Of a stretch of 64,000 bases of DNA, positions 17,627 to 26,299 are shown one piece after another (position 1 is the stretch's first letter; the number at the start of each line of letters is the position of its first letter). Origin of the DNA: Bacilli bacterium (lineage in GTDB: Bacteria; Bacillota_I; Bacilli_A; RFN20; CAG-826). The translations under genes and the position numbers were made by a program. The stretch is from positions 543 through 64,542 of the forward strand of contig JAILIP010000020.1 in the NCBI GenBank assembly GCA_024695235.1. The letters are read 5' to 3'. Under the pieces are notes generated by a model. It made no database searches. It was given only the letters and a program-made list of their open reading frames with translations, and was not told where the DNA came from.

Positions 17627-20299
17627 ATGCTTAAACTAAAGAACATAAAAAAAGACTATGTTACTTCTAGTCAAGTTACCCACGCTTTAAAAGGACTCAC
17701 AGTTAATTTTCGTAAGAATGAGTTTGTCTCCATTCTAGGCCCTTCAGGATGTGGCAAAACAACTCTTTTAAATATCATCGGTGGTCTTGATAGATACACC
17801 AGTGGTGATCTTTTTATCAAAGGCAAATCAACCAAACATTATAACGACCGCGATTGGGATACTTATCGCAACCATTCTATCGGCTTTGTCTTTCAATCTT
17901 ATAATTTAATTGGTCATCTTTCCTTATTAGGAAACGTTGAACTTGCTTTAACAATCGGTGGACTTAGCAAAAAAGAAAGACAAGAAAGATCTCTTAAGGC
18001 TCTTGAAAGAGTTGGCTTAGGAGATATTGCTCGTAAAAAACCAAATCAACTTTCTGGTGGTCAAATGCAACGTGTTGCTATAGCTCGTGCATTAGTAACT
18101 GATCCAGAAATCCTTTTAGCTGATGAACCTACTGGCGCCCTTGATAGTGAAACTTCAGTCCAAATCATGGAACTTCTAAAAGAAGTTGCCAAAGATAGAC
18201 TAGTTATCATGGTTACACATAACCCTGATTTAGCTAAGACATATTCATCTCGTATCATTACTATGAAAGATGGCCTTATTACTTCTGATAGCAAGCCATT
18301 TGAAGGAATTGATTATCGTGAAGAAAAAGTAGAAGTAGTTGAGACATTTAAATCTAAAAAGAAATCTAAAATGTCTTTAGGAACAGCCTTCCTACTTTCA
18401 AGCAAAAACCTTGTTGCCAAGATGAAAAGAACTGCCTTAGTTGTAGTTGCGGGAAGTATTGGTATTATCGGTGTTTCAGCCGTTTTAGCTATAAGCTATG
18501 GTGTTAAGAGTTATATACGAAACATGCAAGATGATATGTTGAGTGGTAACCCAGTTGAAATCACCGAATCATCTTTAGATTTAAAAGCTTTAATGGAAGC
18601 TTCTTCTTCGTTTAATAATGCTAAAGCAGTTAAAGCAGCAGTAGAAGATGGAAAAATCAACATTGAATATATGATTGAGTATCTTGCCACTCAAAAAGAT
18701 AATCTCGCTTCATTTTCAATTCAAAACGATATCACAAAAGAATATGTCGACTATGTCGATGCCATGCCAAAAGAATACTATTCTGCAATTAAGAAAACCT
18801 ATGGCATCAATCCAAAATTAAATCTATATACTGATTTTGACTTTACTGGTGAAATCGGTCATAAAGATCAAGTATCACTTCAAGAAGTTGAATCGATGTA
18901 TTCTAAAATCATTGAACAAACAGAATTCGGCGAATTCTCATCAATGATTCCAATGTTTACAAATACATTCGCATCAATGCCAAATAACCCAGATTATCTT
19001 CTTAGCCAATATGACATTTTAAATGAAGGTGGTTATGTAGCTCAAGCAGATGATGAAATGATGCTTGTTGTATCAAAAGATACAACTTTAACTGATATTT
19101 TCTTAGGTCAACTCGGTTATATTAGCGAAGATGAATTTGTCGCAATTGTCGATAAATTTGCTACTAAAGAAGAAAATGATACACCTATTCCATCTAAGGT
19201 AGATTTCGATAAGATTCTCAATAAACAATTCGTCTATTATGAAAATGATGACATCTATACTGAAAATACTTCGATGACCAAGGTTGTTTCCCCTTATAAC
19301 TATGTTGGTGAAATTAATGATGATGAAGTTAAAACTAAAGGTCATCCAATCAAAATTACAGGTATTTTACGTGCTAAAGAATCCGTATCTTATGGTGCAC
19401 TTTCAACAGGCTTTATTCTTTCACCTAAATTTGAAGAAAGACTTCTTAATGATTCTAATGAATCAAACATTGTAAAAAGCATTCAAGAAAAATCTGATGC
19501 ATATGATGCTTTAGAAGATAAATCGACATTCCTTGGATACTATTGTTCTTACTCATATGAGTATCAATATAAGACAAATGCTAAAGCCACTAATACTGAC
19601 TCTGCAATTACTGTTGTTAATATTGCTGCTGGTGGCGGTGGAATTTGGAGTGATGTCATCACTAAAATGTTTGGCGATCAATACTCTGTTGAATCACAAT
19701 TTAAAAACGCAATTCGTAAAGTCGGTGGAAACTCTGTTTCTAATGATATTTGTATATATCCACTTTCATTTAATGAAAAGCATTTAGTCACCGACTATTT
19801 AGATAAGTGGAACGAAAATCCAGATCATAGTGAGATTAAATATAACGATAACTTGGAAGTTATTATCTCTTTAGTTAACACGATGATTGAGATTGTTACA
19901 ATCGCTCTTGTTAGCTTCACATCTCTTTCCTTGGTTGTTTCAACAGTCATGATCGGTATCATCACCTATGTCAGTGTTATGGAACGTATTAAGGAAATTG
20001 GTATCATTCGTTCACTTGGCGGACGTAAGCTTGATGTTGCTAACCTCTTCAACGTTGAAACATTTCTCATTGGTGGTTTCTCCGGTCTATTCGGTATTAG
20101 TGTGACATATGGAATATGTCTTGTTATTAATATAATTATTAATAATTTTGCTAAAGTTGGAACACTCATGATTCTCCCATGGCATTATGCTTTGATTGTT
20201 TTAGGAGTTTCAATTTTACTCACATTGATAAGCGGTCTAATTCCTGCTTATGCAGCAAGTAGAAAGGATCCTGTTATTGCTTTACGTAGCAATGAATAA
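17627..20299 (+). CDS. Fused ABC transporter ATPase/permease, MacB/FtsX type (paralog of 7078-10488)
   Basis: 890 aa. Walker A GPSGCGKTT, LSGGQMQRVAIARA, LLADEPTGALD. Large extracytoplasmic region and a C-terminal FtsX-like TM bundle. Confidence 0.85.
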   Translation: MLKLKNIKKDYVTSSQVTHALKGLTVNFRKNEFVSILGPSGCGKTTLLNIIGGLDRYTSGDLFIKGKSTKHYNDRDWDTYRNHSIGFVFQSYNLIGHLSLLGNVELALTIGGLSKKERQERSLKALERVGLGDIARKKPNQLSGGQMQRVAIARALVTDPEILLADEPTGALDSETSVQIMELLKEVAKDRLVIMVTHNPDLAKTYSSRIITMKDGLITSDSKPFEGIDYREEKVEVVETFKSKKKSKMSLGTAFLLSSKNLVAKMKRTALVVVAGSIGIIGVSAVLAISYGVKSYIRNMQDDMLSGNPVEITESSLDLKALMEASSSFNNAKAVKAAVEDGKINIEYMIEYLATQKDNLASFSIQNDITKEYVDYVDAMPKEYYSAIKKTYGINPKLNLYTDFDFTGEIGHKDQVSLQEVESMYSKIIEQTEFGEFSSMIPMFTNTFASMPNNPDYLLSQYDILNEGGYVAQADDEMMLVVSKDTTLTDIFLGQLGYISEDEFVAIVDKFATKEENDTPIPSKVDFDKILNKQFVYYENDDIYTENTSMTKVVSPYNYVGEINDDEVKTKGHPIKITGILRAKESVSYGALSTGFILSPKFEERLLNDSNESNIVKSIQEKSDAYDALEDKSTFLGYYCSYSYEYQYKTNAKATNTDSAITVVNIAAGGGGIWSDVITKMFGDQYSVESQFKNAIRKVGGNSVSNDICIYPLSFNEKHLVTDYLDKWNENPDHSEIKYNDNLEVIISLVNTMIEIVTIALVSFTSLSLVVSTVMIGIITYVSVMERIKEIGIIRSLGGRKLDVANLFNVETFLIGGFSGLFGISVTYGICLVINIIINNFAKVGTLMILPWHYALIVLGVSILLTLISGLIPAYAASRKDPVIALRSNE

Positions 20300-20301
20300 T
20301 T

Positions 20302-20823
20302 ATGAAGTTAGTTGCCTCATTAAAAGATGATCAATATCCATTTACTGGCGTGGACCATGTTAGGGAGATAGTGCGTTGCATTCTTCTTGATGAGAATGAT
20401 AACGTCTGTCTTGAGTATCTTTTAGATGATGATGGATTTGGTCCTAGAGATTACTATGAGACTCCAGGAGGAGGAATTAAGTCTGGCGAAGACCATATTC
20501 CAGCCTTAGAAAGAGAAATTGAAGAAGAAGTAGGCTATCACATCGAAGTTCTCCAAGAACTAGGTGAAGTGAAAGACTACTATAACCTCATCAAACGTCG
20601 CAATCATAACTACTATTATTTAGCTCGTAGAACGAAAAAATGCCCTCAACGTCTTGAGCCAGATGAAAAGGTTAGAATCAACAAAATCATTTGGGTTCCA
20701 ATTGATGAAGCAATTCGTTTATACGAAAATATGCAAAATGTCCTCGTTGGAAGACTTGTAAAGCAAAGAGAATTACCAATTCTAAAACTTGCAAAAATCG
20801 CTTTACAAAACATGTCTAAATAG
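20302..20823 (+). CDS. NUDIX hydrolase
   Basis: Nudix box GGGIKSGEDHIPALEREIEEEVG in 173 aa. Confidence 0.85.
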   Translation: MKLVASLKDDQYPFTGVDHVREIVRCILLDENDNVCLEYLLDDDGFGPRDYYETPGGGIKSGEDHIPALEREIEEEVGYHIEVLQELGEVKDYYNLIKRRNHNYYYLARRTKKCPQRLEPDEKVRINKIIWVPIDEAIRLYENMQNVLVGRLVKQRELPILKLAKIALQNMSK

Positions 20824-20844
20824 TTATTATTTAAGTCGTGTCTT

Positions 20845-20922
20845 GGCGAGTGTGGTGAAGAGGCCTAACACTCTCGGCTGTGAACCGAGCATTCGCGCGT
20901 TCGAATCGCGTCACTCGCCCCA
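20845..20922 (+). tRNA. tRNA-His (GTG)
   Basis: Hand-folded cloverleaf. The extra G-1 pairs with C73 to give an 8-bp acceptor stem. Anticodon loop CTGTGAA. CCA is encoded. Confidence 0.9.
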
Positions 20923-20932
20923 TTTAATAGAA

Positions 20933-20959
20933 ACAGTCCATCGTGGCTGTTTTCTTTTA
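20933..20959 (+). terminator. Rho-independent terminator after tRNA-His
   Basis: ACAGtCCA-TCG-TGGCTGT hairpin followed by TTTTCTTTT. Confidence 0.75.
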
Positions 20960-20982
20960 TCTATTCGCTATACAATAAATAT

Positions 20983-21141
20983 ATGCCAAGTTATATTAAA
21001 TGCCCTCAATGTGGGGAACCATTATCTTATCCTTTTAAATCATGTCCTGTATGTGGCTATCTTTTAGAAAGTGATGAACACACTTTTGATGATGATTTAA
21101 CTGATGAAGAATATATAGAAGAAGTTCTTGAAGATTATTAA
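20983..21141 (+). CDS. Unannotated 52-aa Cys4 zinc-ribbon protein with an acidic tail
   Basis: Translates as MPSYIKCPQCGEPLSYPFKSCPVCGYLLESDEHTFDDDLTDEEYIEEVLEDY. CxxC-N12-CxxC. Below the ORF-track size cutoff. No SD; a TACAAT hexamer ends 6 nt before the ATG. Confidence 0.4.
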   Translation: MPSYIKCPQCGEPLSYPFKSCPVCGYLLESDEHTFDDDLTDEEYIEEVLEDY

Positions 21142-21284
21142 TTCCATCTTTGATGGAGATATTGATATAATATTGAAGAAAAAATATATGCAACCAATAG
21201 TTGCCTAAATTCTAACTAGAGTTGGTGGTGCAACTAATTCGTTAATTGCTACATTATTAGCGTCAGAAAGGTAGGACGCAAAAA

Positions 21285-22016
21285 ATGACAATCGAAATCG
21301 CTGATAGATTAATTAAATTAAGAAAGAAAAACGGATACTCGCAAGAAGAGCTTGCTGATAAGCTTGGACTTTCTAGACAAGCAGTATCCAAATGGGAAAG
21401 AGCAGAAGCTTCTCCTGATACAGATAATCTCATCTGTTTAGCAAAACTATATGGAGTATCTTTAGATGAACTCCTTTCAACTGAAGATGATGTTGAAACA
21501 ATAGTGAATGAACAAGTGAAAAAAGAAGAACCTGAAAAAGATTCAATAAAACTAACTGATGATGAAGGTAATTCTCTTGTTATTAAAGACAATCACATTA
21601 GATGTTGTGATAAAGATGGTAACCTAATCGAAAGAGATCCTAAGATCACTAAAGGAATTAGAATTGTCAACATAGTTGAAGCTGCTCTTGGTATCGTTGC
21701 ATTAGTAGCATATATCCTTTTAGGTACATTAGTTGGTATGTGGTTCAATGCTTGGGTAGTGTTCTTTGTTCCTGAAATCATCTGTTCAATCGCTAGATGT
21801 GTAGTTAAAAAGAATGCGAACAACTTCAATATGCCATTTGCCGCAGCATTCACATTCTTCTTTGTGTGTATGGTAATCCCAGGAACATACATGAACCTAT
21901 GGCATCCTATGTGGGTAGTGTTCCTAGCAATACCTCTATACTACATGATTGTTAAACTCATCAATCGAATCATCGGAAAGAAAGACGAAGACGATGATAA
22001 AGATGATAAAGATTAA
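21285..22016 (+). CDS. Membrane-bound XRE-family HTH transcriptional regulator
   Basis: N-terminal HTH_3 (LRKKNGYSQEELADKLGLSRQAVSKWERAEASP), 3-4 C-terminal TM segments and a D/K-rich tail. Confidence 0.8.
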   Translation: MTIEIADRLIKLRKKNGYSQEELADKLGLSRQAVSKWERAEASPDTDNLICLAKLYGVSLDELLSTEDDVETIVNEQVKKEEPEKDSIKLTDDEGNSLVIKDNHIRCCDKDGNLIERDPKITKGIRIVNIVEAALGIVALVAYILLGTLVGMWFNAWVVFFVPEIICSIARCVVKKNANNFNMPFAAAFTFFFVCMVIPGTYMNLWHPMWVVFLAIPLYYMIVKLINRIIGKKDEDDDKDDKD

Positions 22017-22017
22017 G

Positions 22018-22044
22018 CTCCATTTATATGGAGTTTTCTTTTTA
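22018..22044 (+). terminator. Rho-independent terminator
   Basis: CTCCAT-TTAT-ATGGAG hairpin followed by TTTTCTTTTT. Confidence 0.8.
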
Positions 22045-22087
22045 ATAAATACGTGATATTCTAAATCTAATAAGCGAGGATTCATTT

Positions 22088-23224
22088 ATGAAATCTAAGG
22101 CGTTATTAATAGGACTATGTCTAGTCTCTCTAAGTGCTGCTGGTGTCAGTGCTTCTTTAGCATTACAAAGTAAAGATCCTATTGAAGCTAAAGCTGATAC
22201 TGTTGAAGGCACTGTTACAATTGATACAACTATCAACTGGTCATCCGCTGCATGTAAACTTGCCGTTTATTTCTTTGACGATACTGTTAATCCTAAAAAA
22301 GAAGGCTGGTCTAATCTAGTTTCTTTAAGTAATGGATATGGAGAAGCTGAGGTTTCATATAGTCTGAACTTCACACCAAAGAACATGATTGCAGTTCGTT
22401 ATGATCCTGTTGCAACAACTACAGGTTGGAATAATAAATGGAATCAAACAAATGATCTTGCTTATGGACAACATATTCGTATTACAGATGCAAATTGGGC
22501 TTCACCGGATGATTACGCTTCTATTGAAGGCAAGACTAGTGGTGGAACATGGGGTACTCTTGAGGTTCTCGATGGCATCAAATTGAATCACAGTCACAAT
22601 TGTGAATATTATTTTGAAAATATTACATTAACTGCTAATACCGAATTCAAAATCAGATTTGCCGGAAATCTTTACGATTCAATGTCTATTGGTGATGGTG
22701 TTTCTGCTTCGGATTTTGGAAGAGGAGACAATAACAACATTAAAGTTCTTAAGAAAGGAACATATGACCTCTTCTTTAACGCAGCTTCGCAAAATCTTCA
22801 CATCGCCAATCCGATTGTTGCAGCTGCTGACAAGTGGTCTGAAGAATTCCTAGATGATGTTGGTTGTGATCCAAACGGAGTTAATCTCCCTTCTGGATGG
22901 TCAACAGTGGCCGCATCTTATGCCGAAATTACTAACGATGATGTGTTAGACTATATCTATATAGCAGATCCTGTTGAAGATGGTTCATATACCGAACAAG
23001 CTATGTATCTATATGATTGGGCCGTTCTTCATCACCCATCATTAACTAAATTTGTTGTGGACAGTGAAGGCAATGAACGTGTTCCAAAGCTTCATCTAAA
23101 TACAACAAACAATACATTCTTAGATAATAAAGGAACCGCTATTGCTGTTATTGTATTAATTGGATGCGTTTCGTTCATTGGTGGAACCGCATACTTAATG
23201 CTAAGAAAAAGAAAAGAACAGTAA
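22088..23224 (+). CDS. Surface protein with type-I signal peptide and C-terminal TM anchor, unknown function
   Basis: 378 aa with GAGGA RBS. N-terminal hydrophobic segment ending EAKA|D. C-terminal TAIAVIVLIGCVSFIGGTAYLMLRKRK. Trp/Asn-rich beta-like modules. Confidence 0.75.
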   Translation: MKSKALLIGLCLVSLSAAGVSASLALQSKDPIEAKADTVEGTVTIDTTINWSSAACKLAVYFFDDTVNPKKEGWSNLVSLSNGYGEAEVSYSLNFTPKNMIAVRYDPVATTTGWNNKWNQTNDLAYGQHIRITDANWASPDDYASIEGKTSGGTWGTLEVLDGIKLNHSHNCEYYFENITLTANTEFKIRFAGNLYDSMSIGDGVSASDFGRGDNNNIKVLKKGTYDLFFNAASQNLHIANPIVAAADKWSEEFLDDVGCDPNGVNLPSGWSTVAASYAEITNDDVLDYIYIADPVEDGSYTEQAMYLYDWAVLHHPSLTKFVVDSEGNERVPKLHLNTTNNTFLDNKGTAIAVIVLIGCVSFIGGTAYLMLRKRKEQ

Positions 23225-23234
23225 ACTAAATGAA

Positions 23235-23262
23235 AAATAGAGGCCATCGAGGTCTCTATTTT
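23235..23262. terminator. Bidirectional terminator between convergent genes
   Basis: AAATAGAGGCC / GGTCTCTATTT hairpin flanked by an A-run and a T-run. Confidence 0.65.
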
Positions 23263-23263
23263 C

Positions 23264-23749
23264 TTATTCTGCGTTTGCAATTCGCTTCTCGTTAACGTAT
23301 GGATATATCACAAATGATACAAATATCATTGTTAATAGATATCCAGCATTCATTAAATCATGCCAGATAATTAAACCCATCAAATCATAAAGAGGCACTT
23401 TAAGGCCGATAACTGCTAAAGTGGCATAAATACTTAATCCAAGGAATAAAACGCTTAAAACAATGAATGTGATGTGTTTTTTAAGATATTTATTACCATA
23501 TTGATCAACTGTTAAGTTGTTAATGAAGAAAGATCCGAATTTAATCGCTCTAAATGCAAAGTAAAAGATTATGGCAACAATAATTAGATGCATGAATAAA
23601 TATGTGATCTCAAGGATATCAGACATTATCTCATCACCTTTAAAACCAAAGACGAAGCATCTAATGAGTGAAAAGCCACACAAAAGGAAAGATAGACCAA
23701 GTCCAATGCAGAATCCAACAAATAACTTTGCTTCTTTTTTCATAAACAT
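23264..23749 (-). CDS. Integral membrane protein, unknown function
   Basis: About 5 TM segments and no recognisable family. The second ATG (23743) may be the true, leaderless start. Confidence 0.65.
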   Translation of the reverse strand: MFMKKEAKLFVGFCIGLGLSFLLCGFSLIRCFVFGFKGDEIMSDILEITYLFMHLIIVAIIFYFAFRAIKFGSFFINNLTVDQYGNKYLKKHITFIVLSVLFLGLSIYATLAVIGLKVPLYDLMGLIIWHDLMNAGYLLTMIFVSFVIYPYVNEKRIANAE

Positions 23750-23760
23750 AAATATATCAC

Positions 23761-23798
23761 AAAAATAAAAAGCCGTTACATATTATTACATAACGGCT
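23761..23798 (-). terminator. Terminator of the alpha-glucan operon
   Basis: AGCCGTTA...TAACGGCT 8-bp stem, followed on the minus strand by TTTTTATTTTT. Confidence 0.75.
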
Positions 23799-23805
23799 AT
23801 TTACA

Positions 23806-24165
23806 TTATTTAGCAATGGTAACTTCTTTTTCTTCTTGCTCTTTAACCTTTTCAGCGTGTTTGAGCACTAAGCCAAAGGCAACAAGAGTAGCCATTGAGA
23901 ATGTATATGCTGGGACAGCAGTTCCGACATAAGCGGAAGCATTCTTTTTAGATATCTTTGTGAAGTCTTCGTTAACTTCAATCCACCAGGCTTTTTCTTC
24001 ACCGGCAGTGGTAGTTATCTTTGTTTCGCTAGATAATCTAACTGTTTCAGATGCTTTATACTTTGCTTTCTCATACTGAGAAATGATAAAGAATGTCATC
24101 GCCAAAACGGCGGTACCACCAATAATACCAACATACGCTAAGGAACGTTTGGTCTTTTTATTCAT
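23806..24165 (-). CDS. Small two-TM membrane protein, translationally coupled to the sugar ABC ATPase
   Basis: 119 aa with an N-terminal and a C-terminal TM around a ~55-aa loop. Its ATG lies inside GGATGAATAA, overlapping the msmK stop by 8 nt. Confidence 0.65.
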   Translation of the reverse strand: MNKKTKRSLAYVGIIGGTAVLAMTFFIISQYEKAKYKASETVRLSSETKITTTAGEEKAWWIEVNEDFTKISKKNASAYVGTAVPAYTFSMATLVAFGLVLKHAEKVKEQEEKEVTIAK

Positions 24166-25417
24166 CCTTGACCTCCTGTTCTTCTCCTTCAGCAGCTGGT
24201 TCTTCTTTTGGTTCTGCTACTTGAGGAGCTTCAGCTGGTTTTTCTTCTTCGAGTGGTTCTTTATCAGCAGTATATTGATTATCTGTTAATAAGTTGTATT
24301 CAGTCTTCATTGAGAAGAAGTGCATAGCTTTACCTTCAAAGGCAATGTTAATGACTTGACCACTAACCATTTTGGCTCTTTCTTCTTCAGTGAGATTGAT
24401 GGTTGGAATTCTAATGATGAGTTTTGTGCCATCTTCTGTTGCGGCGTGTAAGTGATATTCACTACCCATCATTTCGTTAACTTCAATAGTAACTGGGAAG
24501 GAGTTTGCCTTCTTTTCTTTTACTAAAGTAACGTGTTCAGGACGGACGCCTAAATAGATTTGTTGCGGTTCGACGTTTCTACTTCTAAGGAGTTCGAGTT
24601 TTTCACCATCGACTGGTAACTTATATCCAAATGGGGTAACAAAGTATTTGTTTCCTTCTTTGACAAGATCACAGACGATTGTGTTCATCATAGGTGCACC
24701 GACGAATTGGGCGACGAATTTGCTTGCTGGCCAATCGAATAATTCAGATGGTGTACCAATTTGCATGACATATCCGCCTTCTTTCATACAGACGATTCTA
24801 TCACCTAAAGTCATAGCTTCGGTTTGGTCGTGAGTAACGTAAATGAAGGTTGTGTTAATACGTTTTCTTAAAAGAATGATTTCTGCTCTCATTTGGTTAC
24901 GGAGTTTGGTATCAAGGTTGGAAAGCGGTTCGTCCATAAGGAAGACTTTACAATCCTTAACCATTGCACGTCCGATAGCGACACGTTGTCTTTGACCACC
25001 AGAGAGGGCTTTTGGTTTACGTGTTAAGTATTGAGTAATACCAAGAACTTGCGCAGCAGATGTAACTCTTTCATAGATTTCATCTTGTGTTAACTTAGGA
25101 TTCTTTTGAAGTCGAAGTGGGAATGCGATGTTTTCGTAGACTGTTAAGTGAGGATATAAGGCGTAGTTTTGGAAGACCATGGAAATATGACGATCTTTTG
25201 GTTGTAAGTCATTTACGACTTCTCCGTCAATTTCAACTGTACCTCCAGAAATATCTTCTAAGCCAGCGACCATTCTTAAAGTAGTGGATTTACCACATCC
25301 AGAAGGACCGACGAAAACGATAAATTCTTTATCAGCGATATCAAGGTTAAAGTTTTGAACTGCAACAGTTCCGCCTTGATAGACCTTTTTAACATTTGTA
25401 AGTTTAACTTGTGCCAT
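24158..25417 (-). CDS. msmK: Sugar ABC transporter ATP-binding protein (MsmK/MalK type) with an acidic Pro/Glu-rich C-terminal tail
   Basis: Walker A GPSGCGKST, LSGGQRQRVAIGRA, FLMDEPLSNLD, MalK-like regulatory domain. AGGAGG RBS. Confidence 0.9.
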   Translation of the reverse strand: MAQVKLTNVKKVYQGGTVAVQNFNLDIADKEFIVFVGPSGCGKSTTLRMVAGLEDISGGTVEIDGEVVNDLQPKDRHISMVFQNYALYPHLTVYENIAFPLRLQKNPKLTQDEIYERVTSAAQVLGITQYLTRKPKALSGGQRQRVAIGRAMVKDCKVFLMDEPLSNLDTKLRNQMRAEIILLRKRINTTFIYVTHDQTEAMTLGDRIVCMKEGGYVMQIGTPSELFDWPASKFVAQFVGAPMMNTIVCDLVKEGNKYFVTPFGYKLPVDGEKLELLRSRNVEPQQIYLGVRPEHVTLVKEKKANSFPVTIEVNEMMGSEYHLHAATEDGTKLIIRIPTINLTEEERAKMVSGQVINIAFEGKAMHFFSMKTEYNLLTDNQYTADKEPLEEEKPAEAPQVAEPKEEPAAEGEEQEVKDE

Positions 25418-25432
25418 AAATATAGCCTCCTA

Positions 25433-26299
25433 TTATCCTTTAACTGCGCCACCAGTAACACCTTCAACATAGTATTTTTGAAGGAACATGAATAAGACCA
25501 TTACTGGAATAGCAACGATAACACCACCTGCGCAGAAGTGTGTGAAGTTTGCACTGATATTAGCTGGTTGTAACCAGGAGTTAAGACCTGCTGCAACGTT
25601 CATACCAGTTTGAGAACCAAGTGCGATACATGCTGCGAAGATGAAGTCGCCCCATGGTCCCATGAATGATGTGAGGATGGTGTAAATCAAGATTGGCTTA
25701 CATAGAGGTAAGATAACCTTGAAGAAGATTTGTAGTTTTGTTGCACCATCGACTGTCGCTGCCTCATCAAGAGACTTAGGAAGTGTATCTAAGAAACCTT
25801 TTGATACATAGTATCCCATACCACTGGATGCGACATAGACGATAATTAAACCAGGAACAGCATTGTCACCTGTAAGTCCAACAGTCTTCAAAACTTGATA
25901 TAAGACGATCATGGTTAAGAAGCCTGGGAACATACCTAAGACGAGCATGATGTTCATGAGTGGTTTACGAAGTTTGAATCTGAATCTTGATAAGGTGTAG
26001 CTCATCATGAACTGCATGGCAGTTTGCAAGACACAGACGAATAAAGCAATGATGAATGTATTGAAATACCATTGTAGGAAGTTACATTCAGCACTGAATA
26101 AGAAGACGTAGTTAGCAAGTCCCCATTTATGTGGGAAGACATAACCAACAACACCAGTTGATTCAACCCTGAAGGATTGGAATACGAGGAAGACGAATGG
26201 AAGAATCCAAACGATTGAGATGATGCCTAGCATGATATATGCAAAGGTATTCGCAATGCGTCTTTTTGCAGCCATTCCCATTGAATGTTTTTCTTGCAT
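25433..26299 (-). CDS. malG: Maltodextrin-type ABC transporter permease (MalG-like)
   Basis: 6 TM segments and EAA loop LDEAATVDGATKLQIFFKVILP. TAATG overlap with malF. Confidence 0.85.
   Translation of the reverse strand: MQEKHSMGMAAKRRIANTFAYIMLGIISIVWILPFVFLVFQSFRVESTGVVGYVFPHKWGLANYVFLFSAECNFLQWYFNTFIIALFVCVLQTAMQFMMSYTLSRFRFKLRKPLMNIMLVLGMFPGFLTMIVLYQVLKTVGLTGDNAVPGLIIVYVASSGMGYYVSKGFLDTLPKSLDEAATVDGATKLQIFFKVILPLCKPILIYTILTSFMGPWGDFIFAACIALGSQTGMNVAAGLNSWLQPANISANFTHFCAGGVIVAIPVMVLFMFLQKYYVEGVTGGAVKG

Noticed and set aside
20789-21067. 92-aa ORF from the six-frame track
   Set aside because: It runs straight through tRNA-His and its terminator. It has no RBS and an implausible composition. 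The tRNA and the separate 52-aa zinc-ribbon ORF explain the region better.
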